Virus record (IMG/VR): IMGVR_UViG_2548876964_000024
Location: 1 to 27,437 of that record
Strand: one strand, 5' to 3'
Source: a virus
Taxonomy: Duplodnaviria; Heunggongvirae; Uroviricota; Caudoviricetes
DNA: 27,437 nucleotides
Shown in pieces: positions 1 through 8,015 of this stretch. The translations under genes and the position numbers were made by a program. The stretch's first letter is position 1. Each line of letters starts with the position of its first letter. Under the pieces are notes generated by a model. The model was not told where the DNA came from, made no database searches, and worked only from the letters and a program-made list of their open reading frames with translations.

Positions 1-13
1 TTACCTGTTATGT

Positions 14-89
14 TGGTGCCGATTAACGGGATCGAACCGCTGACCATTCGCTTACAAAGCGACTGCTCTACCAACTGAGCTAAATCGGC
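14..89 (-). tRNA. tRNA-Thr (anticodon UGU), CCA encoded
   Basis: Reverse complement folds as cloverleaf: 7-bp acceptor stem GCCGATT/AATCGGC, T-loop TTCGATC, anticodon loop TTTGTAA (U33, anticodon TGT), 3' discriminator A + CCA. Differs from E. coli chromosomal Thr tRNAs as I recall them. Confidence 0.75.
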
Positions 90-93
90 AATG

Positions 94-180
94 TGGTGGG
101 GAGTGATGGAGTCGAACCACCCGAGTCGCAATGACAGTAGATTTACAGTCTACCCCGCTACCCCTACGGACTAACTCCCC
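94..180 (-). tRNA. tRNA-Tyr (anticodon GUA), type II with long variable arm, CCA encoded
   Basis: Reverse complement: acceptor stem GGGGAGT/ACTCCCC, anticodon stem GTAGA/TCTAC with loop CTGTAAA (anticodon GTA), long variable arm, T-loop TTCGACT, 3' ACCA. Confidence 0.7.
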
Positions 181-185
181 TAAAG

Positions 186-260
186 TGGCGATGGTGGGTG
201 GATTCGAACTACCGACCAGTTGGTTAACAGCCAACTGCTCTACCGCTGAGCTACACCATC
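186..260 (-). tRNA. tRNA-Asn (anticodon GUU), CCA encoded
   Basis: Reverse complement: acceptor stem GATGGTG/CACCATC, D-arm GCTCAGCGGTAGAGC, anticodon stem GTTGG/CCAAC with loop CTGTTAA (anticodon GTT), T-loop TTCGAAT, 3' GCCA. Confidence 0.8.
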
Positions 261-925
261 ACTTGCCGGGTACGTCTCCGGCGAGGGCTTCCACCTCCGT
301 ATGCTTTTCGGCGCACCGCGCCCTGGCTGCAATTCGGTAACAGGGGATGCATAACCCTGGCTTCCAGCGTGATTAGCGCCTTCAGCATGACGGGATATAC
401 CCGTAAATTCGTGGAACTGTACCCAAAGTGCTGTTAAGCACCGCTGTTACGCTGAAAAGAAAACGCAACAGGAAAGGACGCTGACCAACAGATGGCCCCT
501 TCTCGTTCATCTGGTTAATCACACCAGCGCCCTTACCTGTTGTGCCTCCCCGTTCCCTAATACACAGACGGGGACACTCTGCGGTCGATTTTTTGACGGG
601 GGACGACTCATACCCCATGGCATCTGGCTTCTTAGGCCGCTACCATCATCAGATCATCGTTTGCATTTACTTTAATGGTCAGTTTCTAAACCGCCGCAAA
701 GTCGCTAACCATGACGAAAACCCTGAAAAAAACGCCCACCCGAAGATGGGCAAACTGGACGCTCGTAACGCACTTCGGCGTTGCCACTTAGGCGCATGGT
801 CAACCTGGCAACTCGGTGGTTTGTCTGGGAGGACTAGGCCCAGCCATGCTTACCGCCGCGCCTGTCGCGGCTAACAGCTAAATCGCTCTATAAATCACGA
901 TTCATTGAGGTGATATTACACTAAT

Positions 926-942
926 AAATTTATTAGAGCAAT
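926..942 (-). promoter_or_regulatory. C1 repressor operator-like site (17/17 match to ATTGCTCTAATAAATTT on minus strand)
   Basis: Plus strand reads AAATTTATTAGAGCAAT, the exact reverse complement of the P1 C1 operator consensus as I recall it. Overlaps the dmt stop codon and lies upstream of the minus-strand tRNA cluster. Confidence 0.6.
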
Positions 943-3900
943 ATACCCAAAACGTCATGAGCTACACCTCGAGTGTCCCCCTTACAAGACACAGAACGTC
1001 TGGCAAAAAGAGGTTCCACTCTGAAGCCACTGTCATGATAAAGCTCTCTGATGTTTGGCGCGCCACTGTTAGTAATGAGAACCTTTGCACCTCGACGATG
1101 AGCATCCGTCAACAGAGACACCAGGCGTTTTTGCTCTTCAAACTTAAAGTCATGACCGGAATAGTTCGTGAATCCCTCTGTATTTGGAAGCGGTTCATAC
1201 GGCGGATCGCAAAAGATTACATCTCCTTCTCCGGCAGCTTCAATCACCGCTGCAAAATCACCGCATACAAACTCAGACCGCCCTTCCGCACCGAGGAAGG
1301 CTTCCATCTCCTGTAATGGGAAATACGGAGTTTTATACTTCCCATAACCGACATTGAACTCACCGGCCTGGTTGTAACGCGTCAATCCGTTAAAACAATG
1401 TCGGTTCAGGAACAAAAACGCCGCTGCGCGATGTAAATCATCATAGACTTGTTTGTTAAACGCATTCCGTACTGCCAGGTATCCTTCCTGTGTGTTGTAG
1501 TCCTGGAAGAAACGATGTGCCAGAGTGATAAGTGAATGCGCCTCGCGTTGCAGAGTCTTGTAAAAGTTAATCAGGTCAGCATTCACATCATTTAGCAGAT
1601 TTTCCTGGTATCCGGCATTCATGAAGACAGCTCCGCCACCAACGAAAGGTTCAATCAGGCGCTTCCCTTCTGGCAAATAGCGAAAGATTTGTTCCAGAAC
1701 ACCAAATTTTCCACCAGCCCATTTGAATATGGACCGTTCGAATTCTGCCGCTGGTTTAACTTTTCGCTCTTTTGTTTCACTTCCTTCTTTCTGCCGACAT
1801 ACGGCCTTAGTAATCCGATCGCCAATCCAGCGCATTACTGGTATTGCCATACTATTGCCGATCGCTTTGTAACGCGGTCCGTCAGCTGCAAGCATCGCGG
1901 CCTCTTCTTCGCTTAAATCTGGATAGTGATTGCGAAGGTATGCCAGTTCATCTGAAGAAACTTTTTTACGCTTTTCCGTCGGGATCAACGTATGCCCCTC
2001 AGGAAAACCTTGCAGCCTTTCACATTCGACAGGGGTAAGACGGCGGACAGCTACTTCTGCGTTTCTTACTTCATAGCAAACAGCTGTTGGATTTTTAGCC
2101 ATTAGAGATGGTGAAGTATTCTTAGTTGCAGCATGTTGTGTACCGCTCATACGCTCAGGAAAAGCCAATGTAACAAGATGCTCATGGCTTTCTTGCTCAC
2201 GTGCCCGCAATGTACCATGCCCTTCTGACCAAAAACCTGCTCCTGTGCTGCTAAAAACGGCAAGGTCAGTGGCATCTTTAAAATCTCTTGCCTTTACTGT
2301 CGATGCGGTTTCATCGTCAATATATTCCCCAAATGCTGCCATCCTGAAAGCGTTTACGGCTTTCGTCGATTTCATACCGGGTGGCATGTCAGCGTGTAGG
2401 CATGGATTTAGGCTTTCGCCACTGATTGCAGCGCCATTTGCAATAATGGCGGAAGCGATTTCCTTCTTTTTTCGGCTCGGCGCAATATTCCGGCGCACGC
2501 CTTCGAACTCAAAAAGTACCGTTGCGGGATCGAGATCTGTTCGAGCACTTGCGACAACAAACACGCGTCGGCGTCGTTGTGCCACTCCGAAGTATTGGGC
2601 ATCAAGGATTCTCCAGGCCACTTTTCGCTGCGGTCCATAAATACAACCACACTGCGGCCACTTTGGAACATGGCAACCGGTTTTGCCATCCCACCGCCAG
2701 AACGCGTTGCTTTTTCCTGATTCAGGTCGATCACCTGGTTCAAATGGCACATCTTCTCCAGCCAATCCGGCAAGGAAACATCCGAAGGCGTTATCTGCCG
2801 ATGACAAGACTCCTGGGACATTTTCCCAGACGATAACGGCTGGTTTGAGAAATGACTCAGCCCGTTTGTCGTCAATTGCATTTGCAAGCTCCACATACTT
2901 TAAAGTTAGCGCGCCACGCTCATCATCAAGCCCACCACGTAATCCCGCGATACTGAATGCCTGACAGTTATGGACCACCGCACCATTGAGGATATAGGAA
3001 TGATCACCTTCGACTTCTATGTTGTATACAGTATCTAGGCCTACCGATTTAAACTCTTTGACTGTTCGTAAAAGCATTCCATGAGCCAATCTTGATTTAC
3101 GTGACAATTTCTGCGGGCAGATTGTTACCTGATAATAATTCCGTTGATTTACCACGCGATCCTCGATCACTTTTTTGGGCTCAACTTCAATAAAGCTGAC
3201 CGAAGAAACATAACCACAAGTCTGTGACAACCCCGCAACGCCCCAAGCAAGCGCAGAACTAACACTATTAATTCTAAATCCCGCTTTACCACTTGGTGTC
3301 CCATCAGTATCAAGATAGCCTTGTAAAAACACATGACGCAATGGATGCGACATCACCCATGCAGGGATACGCTTAGCATGGCTTAACTCGCCAAAATGTT
3401 CATTAAGCCAATTGGCATAACACGTATCATTCAAGGTTACTTTGATGCTCCCTCGGATTTCGCTTGCCACGGAAAATATGTTTTCTGGTATGCGGCAATG
3501 AAACTTTCTCAATTTCTGGCAATTTATGCCAAAAACAACCGCCTTCTTAGATTTACCTCTCCATCTCCTAATATATCCATCGCCAACATAAGCGCCCGCA
3601 AGATACATAGCCTGTTCTTCAGACAAGAACCGAGAACAAATATCTGGAAATGCAATATTGAAATTAGTTAGAGCGCACCATTGATATCCCGGCATATCAC
3701 ATGCTGCTCGCCATTCCGGTTCAGACAACAACTCTCTCTTAAAATATGTGCCATTTTTCCGGGTGTTTTGGGCTTTCCACCGAACAGCCAGGAAGGGATG
3801 GTCATTGGTTGTTCTTATACCTAAAGGCTGCCCAACGGCATTAAGTAACCCCGTATTAGCTATTTTTGAACCAACTCTTTTTACTTGTTGTAACCGCCCG

Positions 3901-4220
3901 AGATGACTGACTACGTAATCACCAGGGCAAACATTTTCTATTGGTTTATAGCCATTTTTACAAAGAACCATATGCCCCGCGGTAAAACATGGTGTTCCCC
4001 CGACGAGCACGTCAGGGGATTCGATTTCCCCAGCCAAGACTTTTTTGGCAAGTTTTTTCATGTCGCCAAGGTTGGCAACATGGGGCCAGCGGAGCGCAAG
4101 AACGGCCGATGGAAAAGGCTCGATTTCAGCAAACCACGCCGGACGCATACCCAACGGTTCCCAGGCAATACTCGCGGCTTCAATTCCACTGCAAACAGAT
4201 CCATAGCACAGCTCTTTCAC
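933..4220 (-). CDS. dmt: Bifunctional DNA methyltransferase Dmt-like: N-terminal C5-cytosine MTase domain (interrupted by an intein) fused to C-terminal Dam-type N6-adenine MTase domain; 1095 aa, GTG start
   Basis: C5-MTase motifs: motif [12 protein letters not shown], Pro-Cys motif GGTP/C-QAFS split by the intein, ENV motif [16 protein letters not shown], motif [12 protein letters not shown]-terminal Dam motifs: [41 protein letters not shown] start overlaps the upstream gene stop (GTGA); SD-like GGAGAGG upstream. Confidence 0.85.
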   Translation of the reverse strand: MKELCYGSVCSGIEAASIAWEPLGMRPAWFAEIEPFPSAVLALRWPHVANLGDMKKLAKKVLAGEIESPDVLVGGTPCFTAGHMVLCKNGYKPIENVCPGDYVVSHLGRLQQVKRVGSKIANTGLLNAVGQPLGIRTTNDHPFLAVRWKAQNTRKNGTYFKRELLSEPEWRAACDMPGYQWCALTNFNIAFPDICSRFLSEEQAMYLAGAYVGDGYIRRWRGKSKKAVVFGINCQKLRKFHCRIPENIFSVASEIRGSIKVTLNDTCYANWLNEHFGELSHAKRIPAWVMSHPLRHVFLQGYLDTDGTPSGKAGFRINSVSSALAWGVAGLSQTCGYVSSVSFIEVEPKKVIEDRVVNQRNYYQVTICPQKLSRKSRLAHGMLLRTVKEFKSVGLDTVYNIEVEGDHSYILNGAVVHNCQAFSIAGLRGGLDDERGALTLKYVELANAIDDKRAESFLKPAVIVWENVPGVLSSADNAFGCFLAGLAGEDVPFEPGDRPESGKSNAFWRWDGKTGCHVPKWPQCGCIYGPQRKVAWRILDAQYFGVAQRRRRVFVVASARTDLDPATVLFEFEGVRRNIAPSRKKKEIASAIIANGAAISGESLNPCLHADMPPGMKSTKAVNAFRMAAFGEYIDDETASTVKARDFKDATDLAVFSSTGAGFWSEGHGTLRAREQESHEHLVTLAFPERMSGTQHAATKNTSPSLMAKNPTAVCYEVRNAEVAVRRLTPVECERLQGFPEGHTLIPTEKRKKVSSDELAYLRNHYPDLSEEEAAMLAADGPRYKAIGNSMAIPVMRWIGDRITKAVCRQKEGSETKERKVKPAAEFERSIFKWAGGKFGVLEQIFRYLPEGKRLIEPFVGGGAVFMNAGYQENLLNDVNADLINFYKTLQREAHSLITLAHRFFQDYNTQEGYLAVRNAFNKQVYDDLHRAAAFLFLNRHCFNGLTRYNQAGEFNVGYGKYKTPYFPLQEMEAFLGAEGRSEFVCGDFAAVIEAAGEGDVIFCDPPYEPLPNTEGFTNYSGHDFKFEEQKRLVSLLTDAHRRGAKVLITNSGAPNIRELYHDSGFRVEPLFARRSVSCKGDTRGVAHDVLGILL
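2967..3989 (-). mobile_element. Intein (341 aa; Hint splicing domain + LAGLIDADG homing endonuclease) inserted in the C5-MTase Pro-Cys motif of dmt
   Basis: In-frame insert begins Cys (CFTAGHMVL, block A), has block [11 protein letters not shown] (T-x-x-H), two LAGLIDADG motifs ([12 protein letters not shown] and [11 protein letters not shown]), blocks [23 protein letters not shown], and is followed by +1 Cys of CQAFS. Excision restores GGTPCQAFS and leaves a 754-aa protein. Confidence 0.8.
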
Positions 4221-5122
4221 TGCTTAGCCTCTCCGCCAAGGGCATTTACCAGAGCATCAACCAGGCACGAAATTTCACTGGTCAACAGGAAGAAATCTGC
4301 GTCCAGTCGCTGCGCAACATCTTCACTATCAATATCAGAGTTCTGCTCAAGCAATTCATCCGCAAATTTGACGCTGGTAAGGCTGAAGTTATGGTCCAGT
4401 GTAAATTTAATGCGGTTCTGCCAGTCGAGTGCCAACTTAGTGACGAGCTTGCCAGCTTCCAGGTGTGTGGAAATTTCATCGCTTCCCAAATCCTGCTTTT
4501 TCACTCGGGCAATACCGCCATCCTCAAGCACTGCCTTAAGTTCTGCCGCATCCCCCATTTGAAATCCCTGTGGAGCACTACCATCACGTACCCAGTCGGT
4601 CAGCGTTAATTCAATGGGATTTTCAACACTCAGGGGAACAGCAGGAAGAGAACCCAGAGACTTACGCATAAGCGCGAGCATATCCTCTGCCTGCCGCGCG
4701 CTGGCATTGATATAGATACGTTTAGTTGAACCGTCGTAGATCGCCTGGATAACAGAAAACTTTGAAAAAGCCCGTGGCAGAAGAGAATGCAGAACTTCGT
4801 CTTTCAGGGAGTCCTTCTCTGTTTTCTTCAGTTTACGCGCTTGTTCTTGCTCAAGTTTTTCAATTTTTTCTTGAATAGCTCGCTGGATAACCGGCGGGGG
4901 AAGAATTTTTGTTTCGCGCTTTGCTTCAACAAGGATAAAACCATTTCCATGCATAGCGATAACTTCAGAATTATCACCAAATGGCGATACAAAACCGAAC
5001 TTGGCCATATCCTGACTACCGCATGGCGTGAAAAGGATCATTTTCTTTTTATCTTCTAAGTCGGTCAGATCCGCCTCACGAGAAAGTTTATAAATAGTAA
5101 TGTTTTTCCAGTGCTTAAACAT
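4217..5122 (-). CDS. hrdC: RdgC-family recombination-associated protein (P1 HrdC-like), 301 aa
   Basis: Full-length similarity to RdgC as recalled ([56 protein letters not shown]). Start chosen at internal ATG ([13 protein letters not shown]) matching the RdgC N-terminus; 8-nt overlap with upstream ORF. Confidence 0.8.
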   Translation of the reverse strand: MFKHWKNITIYKLSREADLTDLEDKKKMILFTPCGSQDMAKFGFVSPFGDNSEVIAMHGNGFILVEAKRETKILPPPVIQRAIQEKIEKLEQEQARKLKKTEKDSLKDEVLHSLLPRAFSKFSVIQAIYDGSTKRIYINASARQAEDMLALMRKSLGSLPAVPLSVENPIELTLTDWVRDGSAPQGFQMGDAAELKAVLEDGGIARVKKQDLGSDEISTHLEAGKLVTKLALDWQNRIKFTLDHNFSLTSVKFADELLEQNSDIDSEDVAQRLDADFFLLTSEISCLVDALVNALGGEAKQ

Positions 5123-5462
5123 GTTGTAACCCTTGAATATCAACCACAGAAAGCTCGTCTTTGTAGAAAAAGGCCAGGTTGTGGCACCCCCTCGTTTGAG
5201 CGTATGAGCTGGGACCAATTTCGTTCTTCCAGACAAATGGCTTCAAATCCGTACGGCGAAGCATAAAAACGCGATTTATTCCGCTCTGATTCCCAATGAG
5301 GCAAAAGCCTTCTTTCACCTTGATAGCCTGCAAGTTGTCGAGTTCACCGCTGGTTACACGGCTATCGAACTCTTTGCGGCTTATTAGCTCCATCTGCATC
5401 TGACGACTCCAAACAAATGCCCATTGAAGGGCGATGGCTGAATGGTACCGAAAATACGACAT
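5115..5462 (-). CDS. Hypothetical protein, first gene of the C1-controlled hrdC-dmt operon (possibly uhr-like), 115 aa
   Basis: ORF with ATG at 5462 immediately downstream of the C1 operator at 5471-5487; overlaps the hrdC start. No recognisable domain. Confidence 0.45.
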   Translation of the reverse strand: MSYFRYHSAIALQWAFVWSRQMQMELISRKEFDSRVTSGELDNLQAIKVKEGFCLIGNQSGINRVFMLRRTDLKPFVWKNEIGPSSYAQTRGCHNLAFFYKDELSVVDIQGLQHV

Positions 5463-5470
5463 AAAAAACA

Positions 5471-5487
5471 ATATTTATTAGAGCAAT
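5471..5487 (-). promoter_or_regulatory. C1 repressor operator-like site (16/17 match) in divergent promoter region
   Basis: Plus strand ATATTTATTAGAGCAAT, one mismatch to the reverse complement of ATTGCTCTAATAAATTT; sits 9 nt upstream of the minus-strand operon start codon. Confidence 0.6.
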
Positions 5488-5568
5488 TTTGCGATAAGTA
5501 AACGCCATACAGACCACAAATAACCTAAGTTAAAATAACGAAAATCAGAGCAAATAATTGGTGATGGC

Positions 5569-5853
5569 GTGGCAAGCATTGCAACAAAAGACAGCATTTG
5601 TTCGGGGCACGGAGGATTCCCATCCAGGCCTCCTGTAGAGAGTGAACCACTACTTAAAGTCAACGGAGTCGAAGTGTTAGTTGATGGTAAGCAATATGCA
5701 CCGCATACCGATGGAAACAGTACGCACGGTGGGCAAGCTATATCAACCAGGGCATGGTTTACCGTCAATGGTAAAGGGATCGTATGCGTTGGTGACCCTG
5801 TTTCATGCGGATCTACCGTAGCGTCCGGAGACGGCCTGGTTCAGGTAAGTTAG
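5569..5853 (+). CDS. Small Cys/His/Gly-rich protein with PAAR-like features (possible tail-spike tip protein), 94 aa, GTG start
   Basis: Repeated G-x-V-x-VNG / VGD-x-x-x-CG / GS-x-V elements (ICSGHGG, VNGVEVLVDG, THGG, FTVNGKGIVCVGDPVSCGSTVASGDGLVQV) resembling the PAAR / PAAR-like fold. Weak RBS; start uncertain. Confidence 0.4.
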   Translation: MASIATKDSICSGHGGFPSRPPVESEPLLKVNGVEVLVDGKQYAPHTDGNSTHGGQAISTRAWFTVNGKGIVCVGDPVSCGSTVASGDGLVQVS

Positions 5854-5861
5854 GAGATATC

Positions 5862-6650
5862 ATGCTGGAAAAAGACTACCAGTTATCCGCATATAAAAAA
5901 TTGGCCGCCGCCGGTGGGATGAAAACACCTGGTGCCATAACATCGGCACGAAACAGTGCTAACACAGCAAAACTGCTTGCAGAAGAATTGACCGGATTAA
6001 TTCTGGATACAATTGTCTATCCCGACACTATTACCAGCTATGTTTCAACGATCAGAACAACCACAACCGGCTTAACGAACATTGGAGAACTGGCAACTAA
6101 GCACGCGGACCTGTTGGCTGGTTATGCAGATCTGTCAATGCTGCTTCAACTCGATATTGGTTGGGATGTTTACTGCCGTGCTAATGAGCGAGAAGTTTCA
6201 GAACTGCCGATCTCTATTGCCATTGGTGATGTGAATATTACTAAATCGCTTGAGGACGCTGTTAACGCGCTTAATACATCAAGTTTAGTCGCTGCAATGG
6301 GGGAGATTAACCAGGCCCTTAACACTGGCTCAGAAAGCTCGTCAGGCTCTGGTTCAGGCGGCGGCACTGCCACTCCCCCACCAGCACTAACAGAAGAGCA
6401 AATTGAATCTCTGAAAGTAGCAACTGAACAGTTTGGGGTTGTTTTCAACCAGACAACAGCACCCACAACTGCGTTACAACAGCAGTATGAACGAGCGAAT
6501 GAAAGCGCCAACGTAGCCATAACTGCTTATAACCATGCTATCGGTACCGCGCTTGCGGAAGCATCAGCAAATAAGGCCAGCACAGCCAGCGCAGTCGCCG
6601 CTTTGGTTCCTGATTCTGTTCTTGATGAATTAAACAAAGCGGCACGGTAA
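5862..6650 (+). CDS. Hypothetical protein with Gly/Ser-rich linker (SESSSGSGSGGGTATPPP), 262 aa
   Basis: ATG at 5862 preceded by TAGGAGATATC; long ORF in a gene-dense plus-strand block; no recognisable catalytic motif. Confidence 0.5.
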   Translation: MLEKDYQLSAYKKLAAAGGMKTPGAITSARNSANTAKLLAEELTGLILDTIVYPDTITSYVSTIRTTTTGLTNIGELATKHADLLAGYADLSMLLQLDIGWDVYCRANEREVSELPISIAIGDVNITKSLEDAVNALNTSSLVAAMGEINQALNTGSESSSGSGSGGGTATPPPALTEEQIESLKVATEQFGVVFNQTTAPTTALQQQYERANESANVAITAYNHAIGTALAEASANKASTASAVAALVPDSVLDELNKAAR

Positions 6651-6689
6651 CAAAGGACTTCATTGATAATTTTTCTTCAGGAGGAAGAC

Positions 6690-7112
6690 ATGTCATTCTT
6701 TTCTACGTTAAAAACAGCTTTGTCTTTGAAGGAGAAACTTGCTGCTACTGGTGTTCTTGTTCTGATTTGCGCACTTGTTGGTGCTGGGTTTGCATGGGAA
6801 CGTCATCAGCTAAAGCAAGCCATGGAGAAAATTGGCAGTCTTGATCAGGCTGTTAAGGAACGTGATAAGTCAATAATGGATCTTAACCAGACCATTGAGA
6901 CGATGAACAAAGCAGATCAACATTTTCACAGCCAGGAAGTGAAAAATGAATCAGAACAAGCCAAGTATGCTGACAGGCAAATGGAACGAAAAGCAGAAGT
7001 TCAGAAACAACTGGTTGCGGCGGGTAATGTTCGCCAGCGCATTCCTGCTGACACTCAGCGGTTGCTCCGGGAGTCGATCAGCGAATTTAACGCCGACGCC
7101 GACAAAGGTTAA
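6690..7112 (+). CDS. i-spanin (Rz-like): N-terminal TM anchor plus periplasmic coiled coil, 140 aa
   Basis: ATG after AGGAGGAAGAC; N-terminal hydrophobic helix (LAATGVLVLICALVGAGFAW) followed by charged, helical periplasmic region; contains an embedded +1-frame lipoprotein ORF. Confidence 0.6.
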   Translation: MSFFSTLKTALSLKEKLAATGVLVLICALVGAGFAWERHQLKQAMEKIGSLDQAVKERDKSIMDLNQTIETMNKADQHFHSQEVKNESEQAKYADRQMERKAEVQKQLVAAGNVRQRIPADTQRLLRESISEFNADADKG

Positions 7113-7278
7113 CCACCCTGCCCCCAAAAGTGCGTTTATGTGCAGGATGCCAGAGTTTAGCAGTGAATATTTTGATGATCTGCCAGCCTATATCCTTGAT
7201 ACAGAAACGATGCTGATGGGGATTAACAGGAAGAATCGCAACGTTAATGATTACAACCGCGCTATCAGCGGTAACTAA
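7027..7278 (+). CDS. o-spanin (Rz1-like outer-membrane lipoprotein), overlapped architecture, 83 aa
   Basis: Signal peptide with lipobox MFASAFLLTLSG-C; Pro-rich mature region; starts inside the i-spanin gene in the +1 frame and extends 166 nt past its stop. Confidence 0.6.
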   Translation: MFASAFLLTLSGCSGSRSANLTPTPTKVNHPAPKSAFMCRMPEFSSEYFDDLPAYILDTETMLMGINRKNRNVNDYNRAISGN

Positions 7279-7289
7279 AAGGGATTTTT

Positions 7290-7682
7290 ATGTCTGATAA
7301 AGTAACAGTAAAGCAAACTATCAACAAAGCGACTTCAATCTACAAAATTGAGCAAATCACTGTTGGCAAGCCAGGATCTGAACAATACCGTCATGCTTTC
7401 GAGCTTGCCGATCAGCTTGGTTTAAAACACCCGGATTGCATCGAGCATGTATTTCCGACCTATGCTGATGAGCAATGTACTCATGTTCTTACCGAAGAGG
7501 ATTTTTTCAGCACTGAAGAACGAGAAGGCGTTGATCGTTGCATTGGTGTGATTTGCTCTTCAGTGAGTTATGAGTTATTCCCTAATGTCCATGAAAATGG
7601 TGGTATTGGATACCAATTTCTGTACGAAGGCGATGAGCTTAAATGTTATGAACATGGTCTTCTTATCGAAAGCGTAGAATAA
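7290..7682 (+). CDS. Hypothetical protein, 130 aa
   Basis: ATG after AAAAGGGA; ORF followed by an intrinsic terminator. Confidence 0.5.
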   Translation: MSDKVTVKQTINKATSIYKIEQITVGKPGSEQYRHAFELADQLGLKHPDCIEHVFPTYADEQCTHVLTEEDFFSTEEREGVDRCIGVICSSVSYELFPNVHENGGIGYQFLYEGDELKCYEHGLLIESVE

Positions 7683-7695
7683 TACCCTTCCTTCC

Positions 7696-7720
7696 AACCG
7701 GCTATGTTGGCCGGTTTATT
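7696..7720 (+). terminator. Rho-independent terminator
   Basis: Stem AACCGGC / GCCGGTT with 7-nt loop followed by TTTATT. Confidence 0.6.
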
Positions 7721-7724
7721 CAAC

Positions 7725-7959
7725 TTATCCACAGCATAGATCCAATAAACAGATCCTAAAGAGAACCTAGGAAGATCCAAAGAAGATCCCGGATCGCTGT
7801 AAGCCGCGCCATTTATGGCCTGAAATGGGATCAACATTGACTATACGCGATTTTATGTTGACTGTGCACGATTTATTGTTGACTGCACGCGATTTATTGT
7901 TGACTATACGCGACAGAAACATTGACTGTACGCGATTTTAGAGCCTGACTATTCACAGT
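7725..7959. other. Plasmid replication origin (P1 oriR-type): DnaA boxes, GATC heptamer repeats, iterons
   Basis: Perfect DnaA box TTATCCACA at 7725-7733; five GATC-containing heptamers (AGATCCA/AGATCCT/AGATCCC/GGATCGC) at about 7740-7800; five iterons; second DnaA-like box CTATTCACA near 7951. Confidence 0.7.
7837..7935 (+). repeat. Five direct iterons (core TTGACTRTRCRCGA) at ~21-bp spacing upstream of repA (incC-like)
   Basis: Cores at 7837, 7858, 7879, 7900, 7922, each followed by ATTT(T)A. Confidence 0.75.
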
Positions 7960-8015
7960 TGTTGATAACTGCAATCCAGATGACGCCAGGCCGCGCCACA
8001 TATGGAGAAACCACG

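Noticed and set aside
14-260. tRNA cluster considered as the host chromosomal thrU-tyrU-glyT-thrT operon (a chromosomal junction)
   Set aside because: Sequences differ from the E. coli tRNAs as I recall them, the set includes Asn rather than Gly, there is no tufB, and the flank is phage DNA (dmt with C1 operator).
382-874. ORFs 382-618 (minus) and 542-874 (plus) between the tRNA cluster and dmt
   Set aside because: No convincing RBS, odd composition (Arg/Gly/His-rich), mutually overlapping; the region more likely is the tRNA precursor leader/promoter. Could hide a small gene or ncRNA but I cannot support one.
933-4220. The 1095-aa ORF considered as two adjacent genes or a frameshifted fusion
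   Set aside because: The reading frame is uninterrupted, MTase motifs resume in frame immediately after the insert, and the insert boundaries are the canonical intein Cys1 and His-Asn/Cys+1 junctions.
3903-4609. Plus-strand ORFs of 219 and 206 aa (3903-4562, 3989-4609)
   Set aside because: They lie antisense to the well-supported dmt 5' end and hrdC genes, have no RBS and low-complexity composition; typical shadow ORFs.
5805-5861. Upstream extension of the 5862-6650 ORF (listed from 5805, MRIYRSVRRR...)
   Set aside because: The extension overlaps the PAAR-like ORF out of frame and lacks an RBS; ATG 5862 with TAGGAG upstream is the better start.
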